Shown piece by piece: positions 1 through 12,718 of a stretch of 64,000 nt of DNA. Source of the DNA: Camelus dromedarius (lineage: Eukaryota). The position numbers were made by a program, and so were the translations under genes. The stretch is from contig NC_087436.1 in assembly GCF_036321535.1 (NCBI RefSeq), positions 85,314,001 through 85,378,000 of the forward strand, given 5' to 3'. Within the stretch, counting starts at the first letter, position 1. Each line of letters starts with the position of its first letter. The notes under the pieces were generated by a model that saw only the letters and a list, made by a program, of their open reading frames with translations, did no database searches and was not told the DNA's origin.

Positions 1-1352
1 TGTACTCTGTGTTACACTGGCAGATAGCCTGCACCCTCCCTGACCCCAGCTCGAGCAGCAGAGTTCTTTATGTCATACTCACCTTCATGTGGACCTTATA
101 GGCAGAGCCTTGAGAGCAAAATGTTTCCCTTTCACACGATCTCCATTTCTTTGGTCTGCCTTTTTGCCGACAGTCAGCTCTTGACCTTGTGCTGAGTGAT
201 CTTTGGGTATTAGGCACTTTTTCCAGTAATAAGAAAATCTTGCTGGAGGGAGGATGCTGTCACAGTAGGAAGCAGTTGGGGGTGAAGTTTAGGGTGGAGC
301 ATAGGGGGGAGCCTTTAGGGGAAAATACAGGGTGAAAAGGTCTGTGACCCTTTGGTATAGTATTGCAGAGTGATGTAAGCTTTATACCTTCCATTTCTAT
401 CACTCTTCAGAGTTTTCAAAAACAGGGACTCAGCTATCTTTACAACAGCTTCATAAGCTAGGCAGGGTAGGACTTTCTGTTCTTTTGCCAAAGAGAAAAC
501 AGCAGCTCAGAAAGTGGAAAGATTTGCTGTAGGTCACCCAGCTACTAAGCAGTGAAGCAGGTCTAGTAGTTCTGTCTCCCCGTCCTATTTCACAAAATCA
601 TCCTTTTTTTCTATCATTATATAAGCAGAGAATGAATAAAAATGGCTGTACTCTATCTTAGTAAGTTAAGTTTTTCTTTGGTTCTTTCACCAGAAAACAA
701 TGAATGAAAATGAAATTGGCGTTCCTGTTGACTGGCTTGGCTATTGCTGCAGTCTTCATTTTTGCTGACAAATTCCAGCAGGTTATGTCTGGAATCTGTG
801 ATGAGTGATTTCAGAAGGACCAAGGCTTTTATCTGGAAATCAGGCCGACTCAGACTGGTCTGGATTTTTGAAGCCATCTGATGTGTGAGACTGGGAAAAG
901 TCACTGGGTCACTCACTTTGTTCCTGTTTCCATCTCTGTCCTACGTAATGGGGGGGATTATTATATCTGAGGTGTAGAGAAGTAGGAGGAGAAATGGCTG
1001 GGCTTCCGAATGATAAAGAGTTCTGAACATTCCACCCTGGGTTTGTGTGGTATCCACTTCTACTGTTCCCTTTCCATCTTTCACCAGGCTTTTAATTTTT
1101 TCATCATGAGAATGTACTGTTCTTATAGTAACAACAAAAGACTAATATAAAATGATCAACAACAAATTGACTCTGCCTTAATTCCGACTTGAGCCTCCAG
1201 GGTGGAATGAAGAAAGAGTGCAGAGTTTGCCTTAGAATATAATGGATGCAAAAGCCCACCTAGCTGTGAGTATTCTTTATACTTCTTCCTCTACACATTT
1301 CTATACTCTGGCTGTTTTACTTAAATAAAAGTTCTTCATGCTCACTTTATTT

Positions 1353-2783
1353 TATTTTAAACTGAAGTATAGTTGATTTACAATATTGTGTTAGTTTCAG
1401 GTGTACAGCATAGTGACTCAGTATTTTTGCAGATTATATTCCAGTAGAGGTTATTATAAGATCCTAGGTTCAATTCCCTGTGCTACACAGTATATCCTTG
1501 TTGCTTATCTATTTTATATGTAATAATTTGTGTCTGTTAATCCCATACCCATAATTTGTTCCTCCTCCCTTCCCTTTTCCTTTGGGTAACCACAAGTTTG
1601 TTTTCCATGTCTCTATTTCCATGATTCTGTTTCTGTTTTACATACACATCTATTTGTATTATTTTTTAGATTCTATATATAAGAGATATCATATAGTATT
1701 TGTCTTTTTCTGTCTGATTCATGTTACTAAACCTAATATTCTCTAAGTCTATCCATGCTGCTGCAAATGGCATTACTTCATTCTTTTTTGTGGCTGAGTA
1801 GTATTCCATTGAATGCATACAGCACATCTTTTTTAAAAAATTTTATTTTATTAAGTTATAGTCAGTTTACAATGTTGTGTCAATTTCCAGTGTAGAGCAC
1901 AATTTTTCAGTTATACATGAACAAACATATATTCAATGTCACATTCTTTTTCACTGTGAGCTACCACAAGATCTTGTATATATTTCCCTGTGCTATACAG
2001 TATAATATTGTTTATCTATTCTATATATACCTGTCAGTATCTACAAATTTCGAACTCCCAGTCTGTCCCTTCCCACCCCCTCCCCCATGGCAACCACAAG
2101 TTTGTATTCTATGACTATGAGTCTGTTTCTGTTTTGTATTTATGTTCTTTTTTTTTTTTTTTTTTTAGATTCCACATATAAGCAATCTCATATGGTATTT
2201 TTCTTTCTCTTTCTGGCTTACTTCACTTAGAATGACATTCTCCAGGGACATCCATGTTGCTGCAAATGGTGTTATGTTGTCATTTTTTATAGCTGAATAG
2301 TATTCCATTGTATAAATATATCACATCATCTTTATCCAGTCATCTGTTGATGGACATTTAGGCTGTTTCCATGTCTTGGTTATTGTAAATAGTGCTGCTA
2401 TGAACATTGGAGTGCAGGTATCTTTTTGAATTAGGGTTCCTTCTGGATATATGCCCTAGAGTGGGATTACTGGGTCATATGTTAAGTGTATTCCTAGTCT
2501 TTTGAGGAATCTCCATACTGTTTTCCACAGTGGCTGCACCAAACTGCATTCCCACTAGCAGTGTAGAAGGGTTCCCTTTTCTCCACAGCCTCTCTAGCAT
2601 TTGTCATTTGTGGACTTTTTTGAATGATGGCCATTCTGACTGGTGTGAGGTGATACCTCATTGTAGTTTTGATTTGCATTTCTCTGATAATTAGACAACA
2701 CATCTTCTTAATCCAATCATCTCTTGATGGGCACTTGTGTTACTTCCGTGTCTTGGCTATTGTAAATAGTGCTGCTATGAACA
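1353..2783 (-). mobile_element. Older L1 3' UTR fragment, split by a younger L1 (pieces ~1353-1830 and ~2695-2783)
   Basis: Antisense L1 3' end 'actgaagtatagttgatttacaatattgtgttagtttcaggtgtacagc'. Degenerate TSD ttcttcatgctcactttattt (1332-1352) / ttcttcatattcattttattt (2784-2804). Confidence 0.85.
1831..2694 (-). mobile_element. Younger 5'-truncated L1 (ORF2 C-terminus plus 3' UTR) nested in the older L1
   Basis: ORF 2494-2703(-) contains 'IIREMQIKTTMRYHLTPVRMAII', an L1 ORF2 C-terminal motif. Poly(T) at the left end. TSD acagcacatctt (1819-1830) / acaacacatctt (2695-2706). Confidence 0.92.
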
Positions 2784-4609
2784 TTCTTCATATTCATTTT
2801 ATTTCAACAAAACTCTGTTCCATACCTTCATTTGGCTAGTTTGAGTCTTCAAACAGTAAGACACAGGGCCTGCCCTTACAGAAATGACAAATTGGTGGAT
2901 GAGAAGTAGGAAAAAAAATGCTGATTTCCCTAAGACATTGTCTTGAGGCAGAAATAGAGCCCTAACACACACAGAATTGCAGGACTTCCAGGCACCTCCC
3001 TTCCCAGTGCTGGCTTACTGGCCCCTGTGGGGTTGCCATTCCCCTGCTCCTGCTGTGAGGTGAGCTGCCGGTCACCCCACAGGCTGGGACGCTGCGGCTG
3101 ATGCTGCCATCTCCCGTTTCTTCTCTGGCTGGTCCAGGTGGAGGCTCACATGACTGAGCCATTTATGGCCTAAGCCTTCCCCATGTTTCACATCAAGAGG
3201 GAAAAGCATCCTTTATCCCTAATCTTGTTACACTCTCACATGTAGACCATACAGCAGAGTTGCCTTCTGTTCTCCCAGTCATACAGGGATTTAAATGACA
3301 AATGTAGAAATTTAAATTATAAAAGAAAACTGTAAAAAAAAAACAACCCCAAAGAAAACAAACAAAAACCATCCACTTCTTACATTGTAGCTCGCTTTTC
3401 TTTAGAACTCCCACTAAACTTCAAGTTACGCCCCTCAGGTTGGGAATGGTTCTGTCTTGCACTCGCATATTCCCCGTGCCCAGTCCAGAGGCTGACTCAG
3501 GGGAGGCACTTACTCAGTGTTTGTTACGTGCAGATGGATGACTGCATGACTCAGGCATGCAGCCCTGTGAACTTGGCCAAGGGCAAGCTGAGTGGCAGAC
3601 ACCCTGCTGTACTCAAAATGAGCCCTTCCTCGGACACTGGCTGGCTGTCCTTGGAACAGGTTTGTGTGGCTTGGCCTCTCTCCCACCGGGATGAGTTCAT
3701 TTCCCAGGAGGCTCCCCAGACCCTCATGCACTAGAACCTTGGCAGACCCAGCCCAGGAGCCCTCCAGACTGGCCCAGGCCCTGTCTTTATCCTGGAGTGA
3801 AGATGGCCTGGGCTCAAGCCAGGCCTCAGCTACATAAATGACAGCTGGAATGTCACATGCAGGGGCTTCTCACTGGGAAGGTCAAAGGAGGGCACTGGGC
3901 AGGTGATGGGAGTGAGGGGCCAGCTGCAGGAGCAGGTCACAGAGCACCTAGGAGTGCAGTGTTCTGGGGAAGTGGTCAGAAAGCCCACTGCGGAGAATAA
4001 TATTGGGAGATGATGAAAGAAAGATTGTTTGGGAACAGCTGTGAACTTTATTCTCGAGGCCAAGGGAAGCAACCGGACCTGTGTTTTGGGAAGCATCACA
4101 ATAAAGGATGGCTTGAAGGGAGAGAGGCTGAAAAACTGCTTAGGAAGCTCCATCAGTGATCTGAGGGGGCAGGCTAAGATGCCCAGAGGCAGCGGCAGTG
4201 GGAATGCTAAGTCCCCTCCACTGTGAAGTACTCACCTTTGTTTACTTATCTTTGCATTCACAGCACTTCCAAACCGGTGTGAGGCCTGAAGTAGTGGTCA
4301 GTACATGATTACAGAATGAACGAGTAAGTCAAGCAAGATAGAAAAGGCCCTGGGACATAGACTCAGGGAGTTCTGAGGGTGCGCGGAGTTTGGTGAGAGA
4401 AAGGGAGAGGGGGAAGATAGTATGAGGAGTTACGGATTGTGTCTCTGTGGTTGGGATGCTCCTGCTAGGACAGGAGTACAAGGGAAGGTAACAGGAAGGC
4501 CGTTTCAACCTGCGGAATGCATTTCCAGCCTACCGGGAGCGCATGAGTTTTCTGCCTGGCCCTGACTTTTTGGGCAGTAATGAGCATTGCACAGTGGTGG
4601 CTGAGAGAG

Positions 4610-4820
4610 GATGATGACATCTAACGAGCCCTTCTTCTGTGCCAGGCATGCTTCTAACTGCTTTGTGTGTGCTAACTTATTTTATCCTTATGATGGGCTT
4701 ACACAGTAAGTACATTTATTCTTTGACAGATGAGGACACTGAGACACAGGGAGGTCAGGTAACATCCTGAAGTCACACAGCTAACAAATGGCACAACCAC
4801 AATTTGAACCCTTGCCTCTT
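4610..4820 (-). mobile_element. MIR SINE
   Basis: Antisense MIR core 'gacagatgaggacactgagacacagggaggtcaggtaac...gtcacacagcta'. Confidence 0.8.
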
Positions 4821-5023
4821 GGTTTGGGACCTGTTTCCTTTGAGATACTTGCAGCCAAATCTTTCAGGTGTTGGAAGGCAGCCCACCCACCACTTTGCAA
4901 CAGCTAAGAAATGGCACAACCACAATTTGAACCCTTGCCTCTTGGTTTGGGACCTGTTTCCTTTGAGATACTTGCAGCCAAATCTTTCAGGTGTTGGAAG
5001 GCAGCCCACCCACCACTTTGCAA
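4778..5023. repeat. Tandem duplication, 2 x 123 bp
   Basis: 4778-4900 and 4901-5023 are identical except ctaaCaaa/ctaaGaaa. The 41-aa periodicity is visible in the ORF track. Confidence 0.97.
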
Positions 5024-5073
5024 ATGCTCTTCAGGTCCATTTGCTCACATTATCTGTTCTGTGATTCTAAATG

Positions 5074-5590
5074 ATGCATTAGTCAGGGTTCTTAGAGAAA
5101 TGGAACCAAAAGGATGTCTGTCTGTCTGTCTGTCTACCTACTTACCTACCTAGCTACCTACCTATTATCTATCTATCCATCCGTCCATCTATCCATCTAC
5201 CCATCTATCATCTATCAAGATTTATTTTAAAGAGTTGGCTCACATGACTGTGGAGGCTTGACAAGTCCAAAATCTGCAGGGTAGGCTGGCAGACTGGAAA
5301 CCCAGGGAAGAGTTGCAGTCTGAGTCCAAACTCAAGTCTGGGACTGGCATGTTTAAGTCTTCTGGCAGATTCCCTCTTCTGAGAAGGGCTGTCTTTTGCT
5401 CCTAAGGCCTTCGACTGATTAGACAAGGCCCACCCACATTCCAGACAGTAATCTACTTTACTCAAAGTCTACTGATTTAAATGTTAATCTCATCTAAGAA
5501 ATGCCTTCACAGAGACATCTAGAATAATATTTGACCAAATATCTGGCTACTATGGCCTAGACAAGTTGACATATAAATCTAACTATCCCA
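5074..5590 (-). mobile_element. MLT2-type (ERVL) solo LTR with internal compound tetranucleotide repeat
   Basis: Starts 'tgcattagtcagggttcttagagaaa' and ends 'caagttgacatataaatctaactatccca'. (TGTC)(TACC)(TATC)(CATC) tract at ~5115-5216. Confidence 0.85.
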
Positions 5591-6609
5591 CTAGGGCTCA
5601 GAAAATAAGGGCTGTGGCAAGTACTTCGCATGCACTTCAGGTAGCCTTGCTGAAGCAGGAGGAAGTGCAACTCAGCACTTGGTGAATTTGGAAAGTTCTT
5701 GGCTTGAATTATTAATACTTACCGATCTTTAGAACAAGACATTCAGTAATGGTTTGACTCTGCTTCATTTAGATAAGGAATGTATGGATTAATTATAGTT
5801 TCCAGGTATATTTAATATTTCTGGGAATATAGAATGAAATGACTGCAGTTGTACTATTAATGCATCCAGTCTCTAATTTATCATGATAGTAAAAAGAAAG
5901 CTGTTTCAGACACGTAGAGTGTGTTGCCATCTCACTAGGGACATGTGCGTTTCTGCCTGGCCCTGACTTTGTGGGTGGTGTTGAACACTGTCATCACGGG
6001 CGGTCAGGAGAGCCCCATCACAGCTCAATCTTAGCATCAAGTTAGTTTCTTTCTTTTGAATCAACTCACATAGATTCCCACATATTTTCTATGTGAGTAT
6101 TTTTGATGAATATTTATTGGCCTGGGTTACATTACCTCTCCCCACAATATGTGTTTATTCTGGGGCTAGCGCTTTTAAATTCTCAGAAGCTACCACAAGT
6201 ATTGACATTTATTTTTTAGGCTCCAAGAAAATATTATCTATGCTGTTTGGAATGACATTATTTGGTGTCTGGTTAGTTAAGAAATGGAGACATTGAAATC
6301 TAATCTTAGTTTGGGGTCCTAGAATGTCTTTTTGAGAGTATAATTTTTATCTGTATATAAGAATATTTTAAAAATAAGAGTATATTTAGGCTTTACATAG
6401 TCCTTTATAAACATGAGTTCATTCTTTCTGTGTTCTTACGATGCTATGCAAAATACAGTTATATTTTGAATGGAGTCAGAAAAACCCTTAAAAGGGTAAA
6501 TTGGCCTAAATTACTTGGTGGTTGAGCCAGGAATTAAACCCTTGTCTCCAGATTCCCTGACCAGGGCACCCTGGGAAGTGGTGGAGTTCTGGTTAACATC
6601 CTGGGAAGT

Positions 6610-6805
6610 CTGGTGAAAAGAATATGGACTCTGGAGTCATGGGTTCAAATCTCTGTTCTAACCCTTACCAGCTGCATGAACTTGGACAAGTTATTTGATG
6701 TCTCTGAGCCTCATTTACCTCACTGGTCAAACACATGCCATCAAGGGTTATTTGTGAGCATTAAATATGGTGACTGTGAGTGTCTGGCACAGAGCACACA
6801 TGAAA
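6610..6805 (+). mobile_element. MIR SINE
   Basis: 'actctggagtcatgggttcaaatc...ttggacaagttatttgatgtctctgagcctca'. Confidence 0.75.
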
Positions 6806-7399
6806 TGTCTGTGCCTTCTTCCTCCTGCCTCTGGTTAGCAACCTAGTGTGCCTCTCTGACAGAGATAAATCCCCTCATCCTGAGCACCGAGGAAAAGTGC
6901 TGCTCAAAAGCTAAGGAAAAATGTCCACTAATTGTTGTTGTATGCTATCGTGGACTTTTAAAATAATTTATTCTATGGCATTATTTATGAAATACACATG
7001 TACTAGAGCAGTGTTTCCTACTCGACAGTAATGCATGTTTTTAATCACTTTTTTTATCTGTTACAGTCCCCCGTTCCCATCCTTGATAACAGAAGGTGTG
7101 GCATAGACTCTTTTTTTCCTCTTTCCGCCTCTTCCTCCTCACCCTGGAGGCCCAAGGGGTACGCAGAAGATAATTTACTTGGTTTTCTTTTTGGTTCATT
7201 GTAATCTGGGGCGGGAAAAGCTGATAAACAGAATATTAAGTTTGGTGATTATTCTAAGAAGCAGATACAGTATGTAGAGCATAAGGGAATTAAAGAGAGG
7301 AGGCACTTTCCGGTGGATCTGAATGAGTCTGGATATGCCCTGTCATGGAAGAAATTATCAAAATAAAACAATCCCAGTAAAGATTTAATAAGGATAATA

Positions 7400-7735
7400 T
7401 CCACCATTTATTAAGTATCTATTTAGTACAGGTACTGTGATAAGCATTTTCTATTCTTTAACTTATTTCAAGGCAGGGCATTCCTATTCTCAAGTTACAG
7501 ATGAGGAAAGTAAGACTTCTTGAAGCCTGCACAGCTTGTGGTCAGTGACAGAGGGAGGGTCAGTCTCAACAGCTGTCTTCTAGTCAGCTGTCCTCTGTCT
7601 TCTAGTCACGGTAGCTATGCTTCCTGAAGAGCTGACTATGTGCCAGGCATCATGCCAATTGCAGTCAAGGCATTACCTAACAGCATCCTCACGAAGCAGG
7701 CATTATTATCCCCATTTTAGAGATGCAGAAACAAG
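7400..7735 (-). mobile_element. Two adjacent MIR fragments
   Basis: 'acagatgaggaaa' and 'attatccccattttagagatgcagaaac' are antisense MIR cores. Confidence 0.7.
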
Positions 7736-7829
7736 GACAACATAATTATTGGAATGACTTATTAACTTGTACTTCAACCATTTGTCAGTGTGTTGACAAA
7801 TAATGTTCATAAGTTGAGGTACTGTTAAA

Positions 7830-9790
7830 TCTTGTAAAAAGAAAAATCATTTCATCAAAACGATCAGTGCACATGCTAAAAAATTAAAACAGAATGAGGG
7901 GCTTATAATAAAAAGTCAGTTCCTGGCTCTACTTCTCTCCACTCCATACTCAACTCTTGAGAAGCAATCACTTTCAACAGTTTATGTTTTGGGTCCTTTG
8001 GGACAGTCTGTTCATAAACCTAGAAGAGGTGCTTATAGAAATAGTTCTTGACTTATCCAATTTAACATTTTCTATTGATAATAATTTAGCTCACGTACAC
8101 CACCTACCTCATGCATGCCTCTTCTCCTCTCAGTATACTTAGATATCTATATTCAACTTCAAAAACAAAATAAAACCTTCATTTCTTTTACTCTCTTCTT
8201 TTATGGGAGTGTATCCTCAAGTAAATTAAGTTGCTCTTTTCTTTGATGTATTATTGCATGACTGAACATGGCTTTTATTCTTCTTTCCTAATCGATTATT
8301 TGATGGGGTATAAAATTCTAGGTTGAAAATCATCTTCCCTGAGAAATTGGCAGGCTTTGCTCTAGTGTTTTCTGGCATCCAGTGTTGCTGCTGAGAAATC
8401 TGATGCTAGTTTTATTTTCATTCCTTTATAGGTGACCTGCTTTTTCTCTCTGAAACTTATTGTATAAAAATATATCTTTATATATTTATATAAAAATATC
8501 TTTATATATGTATTTTTGTGTTTAAAAATTTTACATGGATGTGTCTAATCATCAGTCTGTTTTTATTTATTCTTCCTAAAATGTGGTACCTCTTTCAGTC
8601 TGAAGACTTGCATATTTTTTGACTTATGGAAGGTTTTCTTCTATAGTTTCTTTAATAATTATATCCTTTTGTATTCTTTGTTTTCTTTTTCTGGAACTTG
8701 TATTAGTTGGATAGTGAATATTCTGGTTTGATCTCCATCTCATATTTTCTTCCATATGTATTCATATTTCATGTATATGGTGTGTGTCTGTATTTCTCTA
8801 CCTTCTGAGAGTTTTCTTTAACTTTACCTACCAACTCTTCTATTGAACTTTCAATATTGGCAATTATATTTTAAACCCTGGCTTCTACTAATTCTCTAGT
8901 TATGCTTTTTAAAATAGCATCTTATTCTTGTTATAATGATACAGTCCCTTCTAAAATCTGAAAAAGATGTCAACATTTAAAAGATGATCTCATCTATTAG
9001 CTGAGTTTTCTCCCCTTCTCTTACCCTACCCCCTCTTCCCTCCTTTCTTCCCTCCCTCTCTTTCTCTCCTTCCCTCTCTTTTTCACTCTCTGTCTGTCTT
9101 AATATTTCTCTGTCATGGTGCAGACTTTCATCAGCTATGTAGACAGAAAGGCTCCTTCTCTACTAGTACGGCTTCTTGACTGTCATGCTTTGCTCTAGCA
9201 GGTCCCTAGAGAGCTAGCCAGTACAGGGGTGGAGAGTAGATGCCAGCTTTGGGAAGCTTTTATTTTGGAGCACTAATACTTGCACTAGTCAACTTAATCC
9301 TCCCTGAATAACTCGCTCAGTTTCCTCGAAGAAGAACATTCTGATATTTGCCTGGGTTTAGCTATAGGTCCTCCTTTATGAAGTGGCAGGAAAAAGAGTG
9401 GGGATGTGTGAATTGTCCTCTGTGTTCATCTCTAGTCACACGCCATTTTCAGTGGCACTTCTCACTTCCATCTTCCTGATACCTGCCATCTTTAAATCCA
9501 GAATTTCCTTGGAATTCTGCCAGATAGATTGCTTCTGCCCCAACTGTAGCATAAATTCCAAACTGTGGCTTCTTTTCTCTCCTTCATCAGTCACCAGACG
9601 TTCATGTATCTTCCATGTATTTTCATTTTCTAGTCTTTTGCTGAGATCTCCTGGGTGCTCATGGCCTTTGCAGTGGGATTTGGTTGTTGTGAGTTTAATA
9701 CTTTTTTCCTATAATTTTAATAGAATCCAGAAAGGAGAGGAAATAACTCTTTTCTTAGCCTATTATCTTGAAGTGGAAGCCTTCTCACTA
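7830..9790 (-). mobile_element. Ancient, highly degraded L1 fragments (L1M/L1ME-like)
   Basis: T-rich antisense L1 ORF1-region phrases such as 'gggtataaaattctaggttgaaaatc' and 'gttgctgctgagaaatctgatgctag'. Boundaries uncertain. Confidence 0.55.
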
Positions 9791-9799
9791 TCTTTTGGA

Positions 9800-10085
9800 A
9801 TTTATTAATTCACTATTACTTTTTGAATCGTACTATATACCAGGTGCTGGCTGAGGCACTAGAGATACAAAATTGGATCAGACATAGTTTTTCTAGATAT
9901 AGATGTAGTGTTTCTAGATCTAGAAGGAGACAGATGTTTAACAAGTAATTGTGTTGCAGTATTGAAAATGAGTAATAAAAGCATATATAAGATGCTGAAG
10001 CTCACAGAAGGAATAACAGTGAATTCTTTTGGCAGTGGAATAGGGGTTACAAAATAACCCATTATCTGAGGTAACATTTAAGAAG
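9800..10085 (-). mobile_element. L2 3' fragment
   Basis: 'tactatataccaggtgctggctgaggcactagagatacaaa' resembles an antisense L2 tail. Confidence 0.6.
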
Positions 10086-10391
10086 TTTTTGTATCTCTCA
10101 GACCATGTCAGTTTGAAAATAAAGTGGTGTCATATTAACAGGAACAAAAAAGTCATCATTTCTCTAGCTGATGTAAGACCTTGGTTGAATATCTCCAAAT
10201 GGCAGAGTGAGACACAAACCAGGGTACAGGGAGTTTTGGGGGAGATAATCCCAGGAAGAAGTGAAGAAGTAGGGAGGATGAGAAAGGGATGGAAGAAAAT
10301 ACCATACAGATATTTTGTTGAGCTGGTTGCTGCTATGGGCAGCTGGGGTTCTGAAGAACTTTGTAGAAAGGACTTCAAAATAATTCTTCAA

Positions 10392-10625
10392 AGGGACAGA
10401 CTGGGAGTTTGAGATTTGTAGATACTGACAGGTATATATAGAATAGATAAACAAGATTATACTGTATAGCATAGAGAAATATATAGAAGATCTTGTAAGT
10501 AGCTCATGGTGAAAAAGAATATGAAAATGAATATATATATATTCATGTATGACTGAAAAATTGTGCTGTACACCAGAAATTGACACAACATTGTAAACTG
10601 ACTATAACTCAATAAAAAATTCTTA
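10392..10625 (+). mobile_element. Short young L1 3' end
   Basis: Near reverse complement of ~1850-2072 (both give the peptide MLYSIILFIYSIYTCQYLQISNSQSVP). Ends in aataaaaaa. Flanked by aattcttcaa / aaatcttcaa. Confidence 0.9.
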
Positions 10626-10905
10626 AAAATCTTCAATGGGCAGGAAGCTGGGGCATTTATCCACTGACCTCTATACCCCATTGGCTGAAGGTTGCTTTTG
10701 GAGGTGTTATTTCTCTTTCTCTTCTGGGCTACGGCGACCTGCAGGCTCAGTAGTCTTCCGTGGTTTAGAGCAAATCCCTGAGCAGAAAAGCTGAGGATGC
10801 TTTGGTAGGAGCTTGAATTGGAATCTGGCTTTGCACAGAACACTGCCCACTACAGCTGTGCCAGATTAGGTGGGCTGAAGGAAGTGGCTAGACCACAAAA
10901 ACTAT

Positions 10906-12178
10906 TAAAAACTATGAGATGCTGATGAAAGAAACTTTTCAGTTGGAAAGATATACTGTGTTCTTGGATTGGAAGAATCAATATTGTTAAAATGACCATA
11001 CTACCCAAGGCAATCTACAGAGTCAGTGCAATTCCTATCAAATTCTCAATATCATTTTTCATAGAACTAGAACAAAAAATTTTAAAATTTATACAGAAAC
11101 ACAAAAGACCCCAAATAACCCAAACAATCTTGAGAAAGAAGAACAGAGCTGGAGGAATCATGCTCTATGACTTCAGAGTATACTACAAAGCTGCAGTTAT
11201 CAAAAAAGCATGGTAATGTCACAAAAACAGATACATAGATCATCAATAGAACAGCATAGAAAGCCCAGAAATAAGCCAACACACTATGGTCAATTAATCT
11301 ATGACAAAGGAGGCAAAAATATACAATAGAGAAAAGATTGTCTCTTCAATAGGTGGTGCTGTGAAAACTGGACAGCTACCTGTAAAAGAATGAAATTAGA
11401 ACATTCTCTAACACCATATACAAAAATAAATTCAAAATGGATTAAAGACCTAAATGTAAGATCAGATATTCTGAAACTCCTAGAAGAAAACATAGGCAGA
11501 ACACTCTGACAAAAATCACAGCAATAGTTTTTTGGATCTGTCTCCTAAGTAATGGGAACAAAAGCAAAAATAAACAAATGTGACCTAATTAAACTTAAAA
11601 GCTTTTGCACAGCAAAAGAAATCATAAACAAAATGAAAAGACAACCTGCGGAATGGGAGAAAAATATTTTCAAATGATGTGACCGACAAGGGATTAATTT
11701 CCAATATATACAAATAGCTCATACAGCTTAATATCAAAAAAAAAAAACAAAACCAAACAACCCAATCAAAAAATGGACAGAAGACCTAAATAGACATTTC
11801 TCCAAAGAAGACATGCAGATGGCCAACAGGCACACAAAAAGGTGCTCAGCATTGCTAATTATTAGAAAAATGCAAATCAAAACTAAAAGTCTACGATTAA
11901 TAAATGCTGGTGAGGGTGTGGAGAAAAAGGAACCCTCTTACACTGTTGATGGGAATGTAAGTTGGTGCAGCCACTATGGAGAACAGCATGGAGGTTCCTT
12001 AAAAAACTAAAAATAGACTTACCATATGATCCAGCAATCCTACTCCTGGGCATATATCTGGAAAAGATGAAAACTCAAATTCAAAAAAATACATGCATCC
12101 TAATGTGCATAGCAGCACTATTTTACAATAGCCAAGACATGGAAGCAACTCATTGACAGATGAATGGATAAAGATGTG

Positions 12179-12227
<49 letters not shown>

Positions 12228-12718
12228 GGAATATAACTAGACCATATAAAAGTATGAAATAATGCCATTTACAGCAACATGGATGGACCTAGAGGTATCA
12301 TGCTAAGTGAAGTATGTGAGACAGAGAAAACCAAATATCATATGGTATCACTTATATGTGGAATCTAGAAAAAATGATACAAATGAACTTATTGACACAC
12401 CTGAAATAGACTCACCAACATAGAAAACAAACTTATGGTTACCAAAGGGGAAAGGGTGATGGGGGGTGGTGGGATAAATTAGGAATTTGGAATTAGCATA
12501 TACACACTACTATATATAAAATAGACAAACAAGGACCTACTGTATACCACAGGGAACTATATTCAATTTCTTATAGTAACATATAATGGAAAATAATCTG
12601 AAAAAGTATATATATAGTATCTCTATATATAACTGAATCACTTTGCTGTACATCTGAAACATTGTAAACCAACTATAGTTCAGTAAAAAAATAAAAATAA
12701 GAAGGATAATACATTAAA
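10906..12718 (+). mobile_element. 5'-truncated L1, ~1.8 kb, with disrupted ORF2 C-terminal region, 3' UTR and A-rich tail
   Basis: ORF 10992-11216 '[17 protein letters not shown]...[29 protein letters not shown]' and 11962-12156 '[31 protein letters not shown]' match L1 ORF2p. Stops and frameshifts present. TSD-like aaaaactatt / aaaacctatt. Confidence 0.95.
12181..12225. repeat. (AC)~22 microsatellite within L1
   Basis: Uninterrupted AC run. Confidence 0.97.

Noticed and set aside
4773..5153. ORFs with internal 41-aa repeats
   Set aside because: These are a by-product of the 123-bp duplication being a multiple of 3. They are partly MIR-derived with no recognisable protein homology.
6880..6900. 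REST/RE1-like motif ctgagcaccgaggaaaag
   Set aside because: Several mismatches at key positions in both half-sites.
10992..12156. L1 ORF2-like ORFs as functional CDS
   Set aside because: The element is 5'-truncated with stops, frameshifts and an internal deletion, so it is a dead retrotransposon.
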